From: the human T2T-CHM13v2.0 reference genome, Homo sapiens
NCBI RefSeq assembly: GCF_009914755.1
Contig: NC_060948.1
Length of the DNA: 64,000 nt
Strand: one strand, 5' to 3'
Within the stretch, counting starts at the first letter, position 1. The number at the start of each line of letters is the position of its first letter. This document shows, one piece after another, positions 42,599 through 56,819 of this stretch. The translations under genes and the position numbers were made by a program. The notes under the pieces were generated by a model. That model worked only from the letters and a program-made list of their open reading frames with translations, ran no database searches and had not been told where the DNA came from.

Positions 42599-45500
42599 AA
42601 TGCACTCGAATGCAATGGAGTCGAAACTAATGGACTGGAATAGAATGGACTCGACTGGTACGGACTCCAATGGAATGGAATCGAATGGAAGGGAATCGAA
42701 CGTAATGGACTCGAAGGGAAAAGACTGCAATGGAAAGGTCTCGAATGGAATGGAAATTAATGGAATGGAATGGAATCGAATGAAATGGAGTCAAAAGGAA
42801 TGGAATCGAATGGCAAGAAATCGAATGTAATGGAATCGCAAGGAATTGATGTGAACGGAACGGAATGGAATGGAATCCAAAGGAATGGAATAGAATGGAA
42901 TGGAAACGAATGGAAAGGACTCCAATGGAAATCACTCGAATAGAATGCAATTTAATAAAATAGGATCAAATGTAATAGAATGGAACGGAAAGGAATCGAA
43001 ACGGAAGGAATGGAGACAGATGGAATGGAATGGAACAGAGAGCAATGGTATAGAATGGAATGGAATCATCTGGAATGGAATTGAATGGAATGGAATGATA
43101 TGAAATGGAATGGAATGGAATGGAATGGAATGCCCTTGAATTAAATGGACTGGACTCGAACAGAGTGGAATGGAAAGTGTTGAGATAGAATGGAATGGAC
43201 TCCTTTGGAATGGTGTAGTATGCAATGCAATCGACTGGCAGGGAATCAAAAGGAATGTAATCGAATGGATTGGACTGGAATGCAATGGACTCGAATAGAT
43301 TGGAAACGGAATGCAAAGGAATGGAATGGAATAGTATGGAATGCAATGGAAGGGAATGGAGTGGAATAGACTAGAGTGGAATGGAATGGACTGGAAAGCA
43401 ATGGAGTGGAATGGAACTTTCTTGGATGGACTGGAATCAAACGGAATGGAATGCAATGCAATCAAATGGCATGGAATAAAATAGAATGAAAGAGAATCAA
43501 ATGGAATTGAATCGAATGGAATCGAATGGATTGGAAAGGAATAGAATGGAATGGAATGGAATTGACTCAAATGGAATGGACTAGAATGGAATGGATTCGA
43601 ATGGAAGGCAAAGGAATGGAATCTATTGGAATGGACTGTAATGGAATGGAATGGAAGGGATTGGAATGGACTCGAATGGAATGGACTGCAATAGAAAGGA
43701 TTCGAATGGAATGAAAAAGAATTGAATGGAATAGAACAGAATGGAATCAAATCGAATGGAATGGAATGGAATAGAAAGGAATGGAATGAAATGGAATGGA
43801 AAGGATTCGAATGGAATGCAATCGAATGGAATGGAATCGAACGGAATGGAATAAAATGGAAGAAAACTGGCAAGAAATGGAATCGAAATGAATGGAGTGT
43901 TATGGAACGGACTCAAAAGGAATTGAATGTAATAGAATGGAGTGGAGTGGACTCGAATATAATGGACTGGAATGGAATGAAATCACATGGAATGGGAACG
44001 AATGGAATGGAATGGAAAGGAATGGAATCGAATGGAAAGGAATCGAATGGAAGGGAATGAAATTGAATCAACAGGAATGGAAGGGAATAGAATAGACTGT
44101 AATGGAATGGACTCGAATAGAATGGACACGAATGCTCAAATTAAATGGACTCGAATGGAATGGAAACGAAAGGAATGTCATCGAATGGAATTGAATCGAT
44201 TGGAATGAAATCGCATAGAATGGAGTGGAATCAAATGGAATTGAATCGAAAGGAAAGGAAGCGAATGGACTGAAATGAAATGGAATGGAATTGAATGGAA
44301 AGTAATGCAATGGAATAGAATGGAACGAAATTTCACGGAATGGAATCAAACTGAATGGAATCAAATCAATGGAATCAAATCAAATGGAATGGAAAGGAAT
44401 TGAATGGAGTAGATGGGATTGGATGGGATTGGAATGAAATGTACTGGAAAGGACTCGAATTTCATGAAACGGAATGGAATGAATTGGAACGGAATGGACT
44501 CGAATGGAATGGAATGTCATGGAATGGCATCAAATGGAATGGCATCAAATGGAATGGAATCGAATGCAATGGAATGCTATGGAATGGAATGGAATGCATT
44601 GGAATGGAATGTCCTCTAATGGAATGGATTCGAGAGAAATGGAATTGAATGTAATGGAGTCGAATGAAATGGAATTGAAAGGAATGGGATCGAATACAAT
44701 GGAATATACTGGAATGTAACGTAATGAACTCGAATGTAATTGACTGGAATGGAATGTACATGAATGGAATGTAATCGAATGGAAAGTAATCCAATGGAAT
44801 AGAATCTAATGCAATAAAATCGACTCAGATAGAGTAGAATGTAATGGAATGGAGTGCAGTGCAATGGAATGGAATGGAATGGAATGCAATGGAATGGAAT
44901 GGAATGGAATGGAATGGAATGGAATGGAATGGAATGGGATGGAATGGTATGGAATGGATAGTAATGGACTGGAATGAAATGGACTGGAAAAGAATGGACT
45001 CAAATTGAAAGGGCTCGAAAGGAATGGAGTCAAATGGAATGGTCTGGAATGGAATGAACACGAATGTAATGCAATCCAATAGAATGGAATCGAATGGCAT
45101 GGAATATAAAGAAATGGAATCGAAGAGAATGGAAACAAATGGAATGGAATTGAATGGAATGGAATTGAATGGAATGGGAACGAATGGAGTGAAATTGTAT
45201 GCAGTAGAAGAGAATAGAATGGAATGCAAGCGAAAGGAAAGGAATGGATTGGAATGGAATGGAATTCATTGGAATGGAAGGGAATGTAGTGTAATGGACA
45301 GGCCTGGAATAAAGTGGAATGCTACGGTCTCGAATGGAATAAAAATGTATGGAATGGAATGCAATGAAACGGAATCGAATGTCATAGAATGTAATGGAAT
45401 GCAAAAAAATGGAATCCAAAATCATTGACTGGAAAGGCTGGGTGTCGAAAGGAATTGACTCCAATGGAATGGAATCGAATGGAATGGAAGTGAATAGAAT

Positions 45501-46157
45501 CGAACTAAATCGAATGGAATGGAATTGATAGGAACGGAATGGAAAGGAATGCAATGATTTGGCATGGAATGGAATCGAATGGCATCGAATGGAATGGAAT
45601 GGAATGCAATGGAATGGAATGTATTAGAATGTAATGAACATTAATGGAATGTACTCGAATGGATTCGACTGGAATGGAATGTTCTGGAAGTGAATGGACT
45701 CCAATGGAATGGATTCGAAAGGAATGGAATCGAACGGAATGGAATCTAATGGAATGGAATTAAATGGAAATGAATCAAATTGAATAGCACGGAATTGAAT
45801 TGAATGGAATGGAATGCAATGGAATCTAATGAAACGGAAAGGAAAGGAATGGAATGGAATGGAATGGGCTGGAATGGAAAGGAATCGAAACGAATGGAAT
45901 GGAATCGAACTGAAGAGACTGGAATGGAATGCACTGGAATGGAAGGGAGTGTAATGGAAGGTTCTCGAAAATAATGGAAGCAAATGGAATGGAATTGAAT
46001 GGAACGGAATAGAGTCGAATGGAATTGAATGGAATGGAATGGACTAGAGTGAAATGGAATCGAACCACAAGGAATGGACAGGAATAGAATGGTCTCGAAT
46101 TGAATGGAATCGTATGGAATGGCATCAAACGGAATGGAATGGACAGCCACGGAATGG
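42599..46157 (+). repeat. DYZ1 unit 13 (3559 bp)
   Basis: Landmark spacing. 10-bp deletion near 43150. The 3' part carries the alleles of units 14-16. Confidence 0.93.
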
Positions 46158-49100
46158 AATGCACTCGAATGCAATGGAGTCGAAACTTATGGACTGGAAT
46201 AGAATGGACTCGACTGGTACGGACTCCAATGGAATGGAATCGAATGGAAGGGATTCGAACGGAATGGACTCGAAGGGAAAAGACTGCAATGGATAGGTCT
46301 CGAATGGAATGGAAATTAATGGAATGGAATGGAATCGAATGAAATGGAGTCAAAAGGAATGGAATCGAATGGCAAGAAATCGAATGTAATGGAATCGCAA
46401 GGAATTGATGTGAACGGAACGGAATGGAATGGAATCCAAAGGAATGGAATAGAATGGAATGGAATCGAATGGAAAGGACTCGAATGGAAATCACTCGAAT
46501 AGAATGCAATTTAATAAAATAGGATCAAATGTAATTGAATGGAATGGAAAGGAATCGAAACGAAAGGAATGGAGACAGATGGAATGGAATGGAACAGAGA
46601 GCAATGGTATAGAATGGAATGGAATCATCTGGAATGGAATTGAATGGAATGGAATAATATGAAATGGAATGGAATGGAATGGAATGGAATGCCCTTGAAT
46701 TAAATGGACTGGAATGGAATGGACTCGAACAGAGTGGAATGGAAAGTGTTGAGATAGAATGGAATGGACTCCTTTGGAATGGTCTAGTATGCAATGCAAT
46801 CGACTGGCAGGGAATCAAAAGGAATGTAATCGAATGGATTAGACTGGAATGCAATGGACTCGAATAGATTGGAAACGGAATGCAAAGGAATGGAATGGAA
46901 TAGTATGGAATGGAATGGAAAGGAATGGAGTGGAATATACTAGAGTGGAATGGAATGGACTGGAAAGCAATGGACTGGAATGGAACTTTCTTGAATGGAC
47001 TGGAATCAAACGGAATGGAATGCAATGCAATCAAATGGCATGGAATAAAATAGAATGAAAGAGAATCAAATGGAATTGAATCGAATGGAATCGAATGGAT
47101 TGGAAAGGAATAGAATGGAATGGAATGGAATTGACTCAAATGGAATGGACTAGAATGGAATGGATTCGAATGGAAGGCAAAGGAATGGAATCTATTGGAA
47201 TGGACTGTAATGGAATGGAATGGAAGGGATTGGAATGGACTCGAATGGAATGGACTGCAATAGAAAGGATTCGAATGGAATGAAAAAGAATTGAATGGAA
47301 TAGAACAGAATGGAATCAAATCGAATGAAATGGAATGGAATAGAAAGGAATGGAATGAAATGGAATGGAAAGGATTCGAATGGAATGCAATCGAATGGAA
47401 TGGAATCGAACGGAATGGAATAAAATGGAAGAAAACTGGCAAGAAATGGAATCGAAATGAATGGAGTGTTATGGAACGGACTCAAAAGGAATTGAATGTA
47501 ATAGAATGGAGTGGAGTGGACTCGAATATAATGGACTGGAATGGAATGAAATCACATGGAATGGGAACGAATGGAATGGAATGGAAAGGAATGGAATCGA
47601 ATGGAAAGGAATCGAATGGAAGGGAATGAAATTGAATCAACAGGAATGGAAGGGAATAGAATAGACGGTAATGGAATGGACTCGAATAGAATGGACACGA
47701 ATGCTCAAATTGAATGGACTCGAATGGAATGGAAACGAAAGGAATGTCATCGAATGGAATTGAATCGATTGGAATGAAATCGCATAGAATGGAGTGGAAT
47801 CAAATGGAATTGAATCGAAAGGAAAGGAAGCGAATGGACTGAAATGAAATGGAATGGAATTGAATGGAAAGTAATGCAATGGAATAGAATGGAACGAAAT
47901 TTCACGGAATGGAATCAAACTGAATGGAATCAAATCAATGGAATCAAATCAAATGGAATGGAAAGGAATTGAATGGAGTAGATTGGATTGGATGGGATTG
48001 GAATGAAATGTACTGGAAAGGACTCGAATTTCATGAAACGGAATGGAATGAATTGGAACGGAATGGACTCGAATGGAATGGAATGTCATGGAATGGCATC
48101 AAATGGAATGGCATCAAATGGAATGGAATCGAATGCAATGGAATGCTATGGAATGGAATGGAATGCATTGGAATGGAATGTCCTCTAATGGAATGGATTC
48201 GAGTGGAATGGAATCGAATATAATGGAGTCGAATGAAATGGAATTGAAAGGAATGGGATCGAATACAATGGAATATACTGGAATGTAATGTAATGAACTC
48301 GAATGTAATTGACTGGAATGGAATGTACATGAATGGAATGTAATCGAATGGAAAGTAATCCAATGGAATAGAATCTAATGCAATAAAATCGACTCAGATA
48401 GAGTAGAATGTAATGGAATGGAGTGCAGTGCAATGGAATGGAATGGAATGGAATGCAATGGAATGGAATGGAATGGAACGGAATGGAATGGAATGGGATG
48501 GAATGGTACGGAATGGACAGTAATGGACTGGAATGAAATGGACTGGAAAAGAATGGACTCAAATTGAAAGGGCTCGAAAGGAATGGAGTCAAATGGAATA
48601 GTCTGGAATGGAATGAACACGAATGTAATGCAATCCAATAGAATGGAATCGAATGGCATGGAATATAAAGAAATGGAATCGAAGAGAATGGAAACAAATG
48701 GAATGGAATTGAATGGAATGGAATTGAATGGAATGGGAACGAATGGAGTGAAATTGTATGCAGTAGAAGAGAATAGAATGGAATGCAAGCGAAAGGAAAG
48801 GAATGGATTGCAATGGAATGGAATTCATTGGAATGGAAGGGAATGTAGTGTAATGGACAGGCCTGGAATAAAGTGGAATGTTACGGTCTCGAATGGAATA
48901 AAAATGTATGGAATGGAATGCAATGAAACGGAATCGAATGTCATAGAATGTAATGGAATGCAAAAAAATGGAATCCAAAATCATTGACTGGAAAGGCTGG
49001 GTGTCGAAAGGAATTGACTCCAATGGAATGGAATCGAATGGAATGGAAGTGAATAGAATCGAACTAAATCGAATGGAATGGAATTGATAGGAACGGAATG

Positions 49101-49716
49101 GAAAGGAATGCAATGATTTGGCATGGAATGCAATCGAATGGCATCGAATGGAATGGAATGGAATGCAATGGAATGGAATGTATTAGAATGTAATGAACAT
49201 TAATGGAATGTACTCGAATGGATTCGACTGGAATGGAATGTTCTGGAAGTGAATGGACTCCAATGGAATGGATTCGAAAGGAATGGAATCGAACGGAATG
49301 GAATCTAATGGAATGGAATTAAATGGAAATGAATCAAATTGAATAGCACGGAATTGAATTGAATGGAATCGAATGCAATGGAATCTAATGAAACGGAAAG
49401 GAAAGGAATGGAATGGAATGGAATGGGCTGGAATGGAAAGGAATCGAAACGAATGGAATGGAATCGAACTGAAGAGACTGGAATGGAATGCACTGGAATG
49501 GAAGGGAGTGTAATGGAAGGTTCTCGAAAATAATGGAAGCAAATGGAATGGAATTGAATGGAACGGAATAGAGTCGAATGGAATTGAATGGAATGGAATG
49601 GACTAGAGTGAAATGGAATCGAACCACAAGGAATGGACAGGAATAGAATGGTCTCGAATTGAATGGAATCGTATGGAATGGCATCAAACGGAATGGAATG
49701 GACAGCCACGGAATGG
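46158..49716 (+). repeat. DYZ1 unit 14 (3559 bp)
   Basis: Landmark spacing. AAACTTATGG and GGGATTCGAAC alleles. Confidence 0.93.
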
Positions 49717-52700
49717 AATGCACTCGAATGCAATGGAGTCGAAACTTATGGACTGGAATAGAATGGACTCGACTGGTACGGACTCCAATGGAATGGAATC
49801 GAATGGAAGGGATTCGAACGGAATGGACTCGAAGGGAAAAGACTGCAATGGAAAGGTCTCGAATGGAATGGAAATTAATGGAATGGAATGGAATCGAATG
49901 AAATGGAGTCAAAAGGAATGGAATCGAATGGCAAGAAATCGAATGTAATGGAATCGGAAGGAATTGATGTGAACGGAACGGAATGGAATGGAATCCAAAG
50001 GAATGGAATAGAATGGAATGGAATCGAATGGAAAGGACTCGAATGGAAATCACTCGAATGGAATGAAATTTAATAAAATAGGATCAAATGTAATTGAATG
50101 GAATGGAAAGGAATCGAAACGAAAGGAATGGAGACAGATGGAATGGAATGGAACAGAGAGCAATGGTATAGAATGGAATGGAATCATCTGGAATGGAATT
50201 GAATGGAATGGAATAATATGAAATGGAATGGAATGGAATGGAATGGAATGCCCTTGAATTAAATGGACTGGAATGGAATGGACTCGAACAGAGTGGAATG
50301 GAAAGTGTTGAGATAGAATGGAATGGACTCTTTTAGAATGGTCTAGTATGCAATGCAATCGACTGGCAGGGAATCAAAAGGAATGTAATCGAATGGATTG
50401 GACTGGAATGCAATGGACTCGAATAGATTGGAAACGGAATGCAAAGGAATGGAATGGAATAGTATGGAATGGAATGGAAAGGAATGGAGTGGAATAGACT
50501 AGAGTGGAATGGAATGGACTGGAAAGCAATGGACTGGAATGGAACTTTCTTGAATGGACTGGAATCAAACGGAATGGAATGCAATGCAATCAAATGGCAT
50601 GGAATAAAATAGAATGAAAGAGAATCAAATGGAATTGAATCGAATGGAATCGAATGGATTGGAAAGGAATAGAATGGAATGGAATGGAATTGACTCAAAT
50701 GGAATGGACTAGAATGGAATGGATTCGAATGGAAGGCAAAGGAATGGAATCTATTGGAATGGACAGTAATGGAATGGAATGGAAGGGATTGGAATGGACT
50801 CGAATGGAATGGACTGCAATAGAAAGGATTCGAATGGAATGAAAAAGAATTGAATGGAATAGAACAGAATGGAATCAAATCGAATGAAATGGAATGGAAT
50901 AGAAAGGAATGGAATGAAATGGAATGGAAAGGATTCGAATGGAATGCAATCGAATGGAATGGAATCGAACGGAATGGAATAAAATGGAAGAAAACTGGCA
51001 AGAAATGGAATCGAAATGAATGGAGTGTTATGGAACGGACTCAAAAGGAATTGAATGTAATAGAATGGAGTGGAGTGGACTCGAATATAATGAACTGGAA
51101 TGGAATGAAATCACATGGAATGGGAACGAATGGAATGGAATGGAAAGGAATGGAATCGAATGGAAAGGAATCGAATGGAAGGGAATGAAATTGAATCAAC
51201 AGGAATGGAAGGGAATAGAATAGACGGTAATGGAATGGACTCGAATAGAATGGACACGAATGCTCAAATTGAATGGACTCGAATGGAATGGAAACAAAAG
51301 GAATGTCATCGAATGGAATTGAATCGATTGGAATGAAATCGCATAGAATGGAGTGGAATCAAATGGAATTGAATCGAAAGGAAAGGAAGCGAATGGACTG
51401 AAATGAAATGGAATGGAATTGAATGGAAAGTAATGCAATGGAATAGAATGGAACGAAATTTCACGGAATGGAATCAAACTGAATGGAATCAAATCAATGG
51501 AATCAAATCAAATGGAATGGAAAGGAATTGAATGGAGTAGATTGGATTGGATGGGATTGGAATGAAATGTACTGGAAAGGACTCGAATTTCATGAAACGG
51601 AATGGAATGAATTGGAACGGAATGGACTCGAATAGAATGGAATGTCATGGAATGGCATCAAATGGAATGGCATCAAATGGAATGGAATCGAATGCAATGG
51701 AATGCTATGGAATGGAATGGAATGCATTGGAATGGAATGTCCTCTAATGGAATGGATTCGAGTGGAATGGAATCGAATATAATGGAGTCGAATGAAATGG
51801 AATTGAAAGGAATGGGATCGAATACAATGGAATATACTGGAATGTAATGTAATGAACTCGAATGTAATTGACTGGAATGGAATGTACATGAATGGAATGT
51901 AATCGAATGGAAAGTAATCCAATGGAATAGAATCTAATGCAATAAAATCGACTCAGATAGAGTAGAATGTAATGGAATGGAGTGCAGTGCAATGGAATGG
52001 AATGGAATGGAGTGCAATGGAATGGAATGGAATGGAATGGGATGGAATGGTATGGAATGGATAGTAATGGACTGGAATGAAATGGACTGGAAAAGAATGG
52101 ACTCAAATTGAAAGGGCTCGAAAGGAATGGAGTCAAATGGAATGGTCTGGAATGGAATGAACACGAATGTAATGCAATCCAATAGAATGGAATCGAATGG
52201 CATGGAATATAAAGAAATGGAATCGAAGAGAATGGAAACAAATGGAATGGAATTGAATGGAATGGAATTGAATGGAATGGGAACGAATGGAGTGAAATTG
52301 TATGCAGTAGAAGAGAATAGACTGGAATGCAAGCGAAAGGAAAGGAATGGATTGCAATGGAATGGAATTCATTGGAATGGAAGGGAATGTAGTGTAATGG
52401 ACAGGCCTGGAATAAAGTGGAATGCTACGGTCTCGAATGGAATAAAAATGTATGGAATGGAATGCAATGAAACGGAATCGAATGTCATAGAATGTAATGG
52501 AATGCAAAAAAATGGAATCCAAAATCATTGACTGGAAAGGCTGGGTGTCGAAAGGAATTGACTCCAATGGAATGGAATCGAATGGAATGGAAGTGAATAG
52601 AATCGAACTAAATCGAATGGAATGGAATTGATAGGAACGGAATGGAAAGGAATGCAATGATTTGGCATGGAATGGAATCGAATGGCATCGAATGGAATGG

Positions 52701-53260
52701 AATGGAATGCAATGGAATGGAATGTATTAGAATGTAATGAACATTAATGGAATGTACTCGAATGGATTCGACTGGAATGGAATGTTCTGGAAGTGAATGG
52801 ACTCCAATGGAATGGATTCGAAAGGAATGGAATCGAACGGAATGGAATCTAATGGAATGGAATTAAATGGAAATGAATCAAATTGAATAGCACGGAATTG
52901 AATTGAATGGAATGGAATGCAATGGAATCTAATGAAACGGAAAGGAAAGGAATGGAATGGAATGGAATGGGCTGGAATGGAAAGGAATCGAAACGAATGG
53001 AATGGAATCGAACTGAAGAGACTGGAATCGAATGCACTGGAATCGAAGGGAGTGTAATGGAAGGTTCTCGAAAATAATGGAAGCAAATGGAATGGAATTG
53101 AATGGAACGGAATAGAGTCGAATGGAATTGAATGGAATGGAATGGACTAGAGTGAAATGGAATCGAACCACAAGGAATGGACAGGAATAGAATGGTCTCG
53201 AATTGAATGGAATCGTATGGAATGGCATCAATCGGAATGGAATGGACAGCCACGGAATGG
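49717..53260 (+). repeat. DYZ1 unit 15 (3544 bp)
   Basis: Landmark spacing. Short pure tract near 52016-52050. Confidence 0.93.
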
Positions 53261-56200
53261 AATGCACTCGAATGCAATGGAGTCGAAACTTATGGACTGG
53301 AATAGAATGGACTCGACTGGTACGGACTCCAATAGAATGGAATCGAATGGAAGGGATTCGAACGGAATGGACTCGAAGGGAAAAGACTGCAATGGAAAGG
53401 TCTCGAATGGAATGGAAATTAATGGAATGGAATGGAATCGAATGAAATGGAGTCAAAAGGAATGGAATCGAATGGCAAGAAATCGAATGTAATGGAATCG
53501 CAAGGAATTGATGTGAACGGAACGGAATGGAATGGAATCCAAAGGAATGGAATAGAATGGAATGGAATCGAATGGAAAGGACTCGAATGGAAATCACTCG
53601 AATAGAATGAAATTTAATAAAATAGGATCAAATGTAATTGAATGGAATGGAAAGGAATCGAAACGAAAGGAATGGAGACAGATGGAATGGAATGGAACAG
53701 AGAGCAATGGTATAGAATGGAATGGAATCATCTGGAATGGAATTGAATGGAATGGAATAATATGAAATGTAATGGAATGGAATGGAATGGAATGCCCTTG
53801 AATTAAATGGACTGGAATGGAATGGACTCGAACAGAGTGGAATGGAAAGTGTTGAGATAGAATGGAATGGACTCCTTTGGAATGGTCTAGTATGCAATGC
53901 AATCGACTGGCCGGGAATCAAAAGGAATGTAATCGAATGGATTAGACTGGAATGCAATGGACTCGAATAGATTGGAAACGGAATGCAAAGGAATGGAATG
54001 GAATAGTATGGAATGGAATGGAAAGGAATGGAGTGGAATAGACTAGAGTGGAATGGAATGGACTGGAAAGCAATGGACTGGAATGGAACTTTCTTGAATG
54101 GACTGGAATCAAACGGAATGGAATGCAATGCAATCAAATGGCATGGAATAAAATAGAATGAAAGAGAATCAAATGGAATTGAATCGAATGGAATCGAATG
54201 GATTGGAAAGGAATAGAATGGAATGGAATGGAATTGACTCAAATGGAATGGACTAGAATGGAATGGATTCGAATGGAAGGCAAAGGAATGGAATCTATTG
54301 GAATGGACTGTAATGGAATGGAATGGAAGGGATTGGAATGGACTCGAATGGAATGGACTGCAATAGAAAGGATTCGAATGGAATGAAAAAGAATTGAATG
54401 GAATAGAACAGAATGGAATCAAATCGAATGAAATGGAATGGAATAGAAAGGAATGGAATGAAATGGAATGGAAAGGATTCGAATGGAATGCAATCGAATG
54501 GAATGGAATCGAACGGAATGGAATAAAATGGAAGAAAACTGGCAAGAAATGGAATCGAAATGAATGGAGTGTTATGGAACGGACTCAAAAGGAATTGAAT
54601 GTAATAGAATGGAGTGGAGTGGACTCGAATATAATGGACTGGAATGGAATGAAATCACATGGAATGGGAACGAATGGAATGGAATGGAAAGGAATGGAAT
54701 CGAATGGAAAGGAATCGAATGGAAGGGAATGAAATTGAATCAACAGGAATGGAAGGGAATAGAATAGACGGTAATGGAATGGACTCGAATAGAATGGACA
54801 CGAATGCTGAAATTGAATGGACTCGAATGGAATGGAAACGAAAGGAATGTCATCGAATGGAATTGAATCGATTGGAATGAAATCGCATAGAATGGAGTGG
54901 AATCAAATGGAATTGAATCGAAAGGAAAGGAAGCGAATGGACTGAAATGAAATGGAATGGAATTGAATGGAAAGTAATGCAATGGAATAGAATGGAACGA
55001 AATTTCACGGAATGGAATCAAACTGAATGGAATCAAATCAATGGAATCAAATCAAATGGAATGGAAAGGAATTGAATGGAGTAGATTGGATTGGATGGGA
55101 TTGGAATGAAATGTACTGGAAAGGACTCGAATTTCATGAAACGGAATGGAATGAATTGGAACGGAATGGACTCGAATGGAATGGAATGTCATGGAATGGC
55201 ATCAAATGGAATGGCATCAAATGGAATGGAATCGAATGCAATGGAATGCTATGGAATGGAATGGAATGCATTGGAATGGAATGTCCTCTAATTGAATGGA
55301 TTCGAGTGGAATGGAATCGAATATAATGGAGTCGAATGAAATGGAATTGAAAGGAATGGGATCGAATACAATGGAATATACTGGAATGTAATGTAATGAA
55401 CTCGAATGTAATTGACTGGAATGGAATGTACATGAATGGAATGTAATCGAATGGAAAGTAATCCAATGGAATAGAATCTAATGCAATAAAATCGACTCAG
55501 ATAGAGTAGAATGTAATGGAATGGAGTGCAGTGCAATGGAATGGAATGGAATGGAATGCAATGGAATGGAAAGGAATGGAATGGAATGGAATGGAATGGG
55601 ATGGAATGGTATGGAATGGATAGTAATGGACTGGAATGAAATGGACTGGAAAAGAATGGACTCAAATTGAAAGGGCTCGAAAGGAATGGAGTCAAATGGA
55701 ATGGTCTGGAATGGAATGAACACGAATGTAATGCAATCCAATAGAATGGAATCGAATGGCATGGAATATAAAGAAATGGAATCGAAGAGAATGGAAACAA
55801 ATGGAATGGAATTGAATGGAATGGAATTGAATGGAATGGGAACGAATGGAGTGAAATTGTATGCAGTAGAAGAGAATAGACTGGAATGCAAGCGAAAGGA
55901 AAGGAATGGATTGCAATGGAATGGAATTCATTGGAATGGAAGGGAATGTAGTGTAATGGACAGGCCTGGAATAAAGTGGAATGCTACGGTCTCGAATGGA
56001 ATAAAAATGTATGGAATGGAATGCAATGAAACGGAATCGAATGTCATAGAATGTAATGGAATGCAAAAAAATGGAATCCAAAATCATTGACTGGAAAGGC
56101 TGGGTGTCGAAAGGAATTGACTCCAATGGAATGGAATCGAATGGAATGGAAGTGAATAGAATCGAAATAAATCGAATGGAATGGAATTGATAGGAACGGA

Positions 56201-56819
56201 ATGGAAAGGAATGCAATGATTTGGCATGGAATGGAATCGAATGGCATCGAATGGAATGGAATGGAATGCAATGGAATGGAATGTATTAGAATGTAATGAA
56301 CATTAATGGAATGTACTCGAATGGATTCGACTGGAATGGAATGTTCTGGAAGTGAATGGACTCCAATGGAATGGATTCGAAAGGAATGGAATCGAACGGA
56401 ATGGAATCTAATGGAATGGAATTAAATGGAAATGAATCAAATTGAATAGCACGGAATTGAATTGAATGGAATCGAATGCAATGGAATCTAATGAAACGGA
56501 AAGGAAAGGAATGGAATGGAATGGAATGGGCTGGAATGGAAAGGAATCGAAACGAATGGAATGGAATCGAACTGAAGAGACTGGAATGGAATGCACTGGA
56601 ATGGAAGGGAGTGTAATGGAAGGTTCTCGAAAATAATGGAAGCAAATGGAATGGAATTGAATGGAACGGAATAGAGTCGAATGGAATTGAATGGAATGGA
56701 ATGGACTAGAGTGAAATGGAATCGAACCACAAGGAATGGACAGGAATAGAATGGTCTCGAATTGAATGGAATCGTATGGAATGGCATCAAACGGAATGGA
56801 ATGGACAGCCACGGAATGG
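53261..56819 (+). repeat. DYZ1 unit 16 (3559 bp)
   Basis: Landmark spacing. Private GGCCGG at 53909-53914. Confidence 0.93.

Noticed and set aside
42932-43873. Longest ORF (313 aa, - strand) and its 305-308 aa relatives in other units
   Set aside because: Length depends on incidental loss of a stop codon or a 10-bp deletion. The product is low-complexity FHSIP repeat with no sign of coding constraint.
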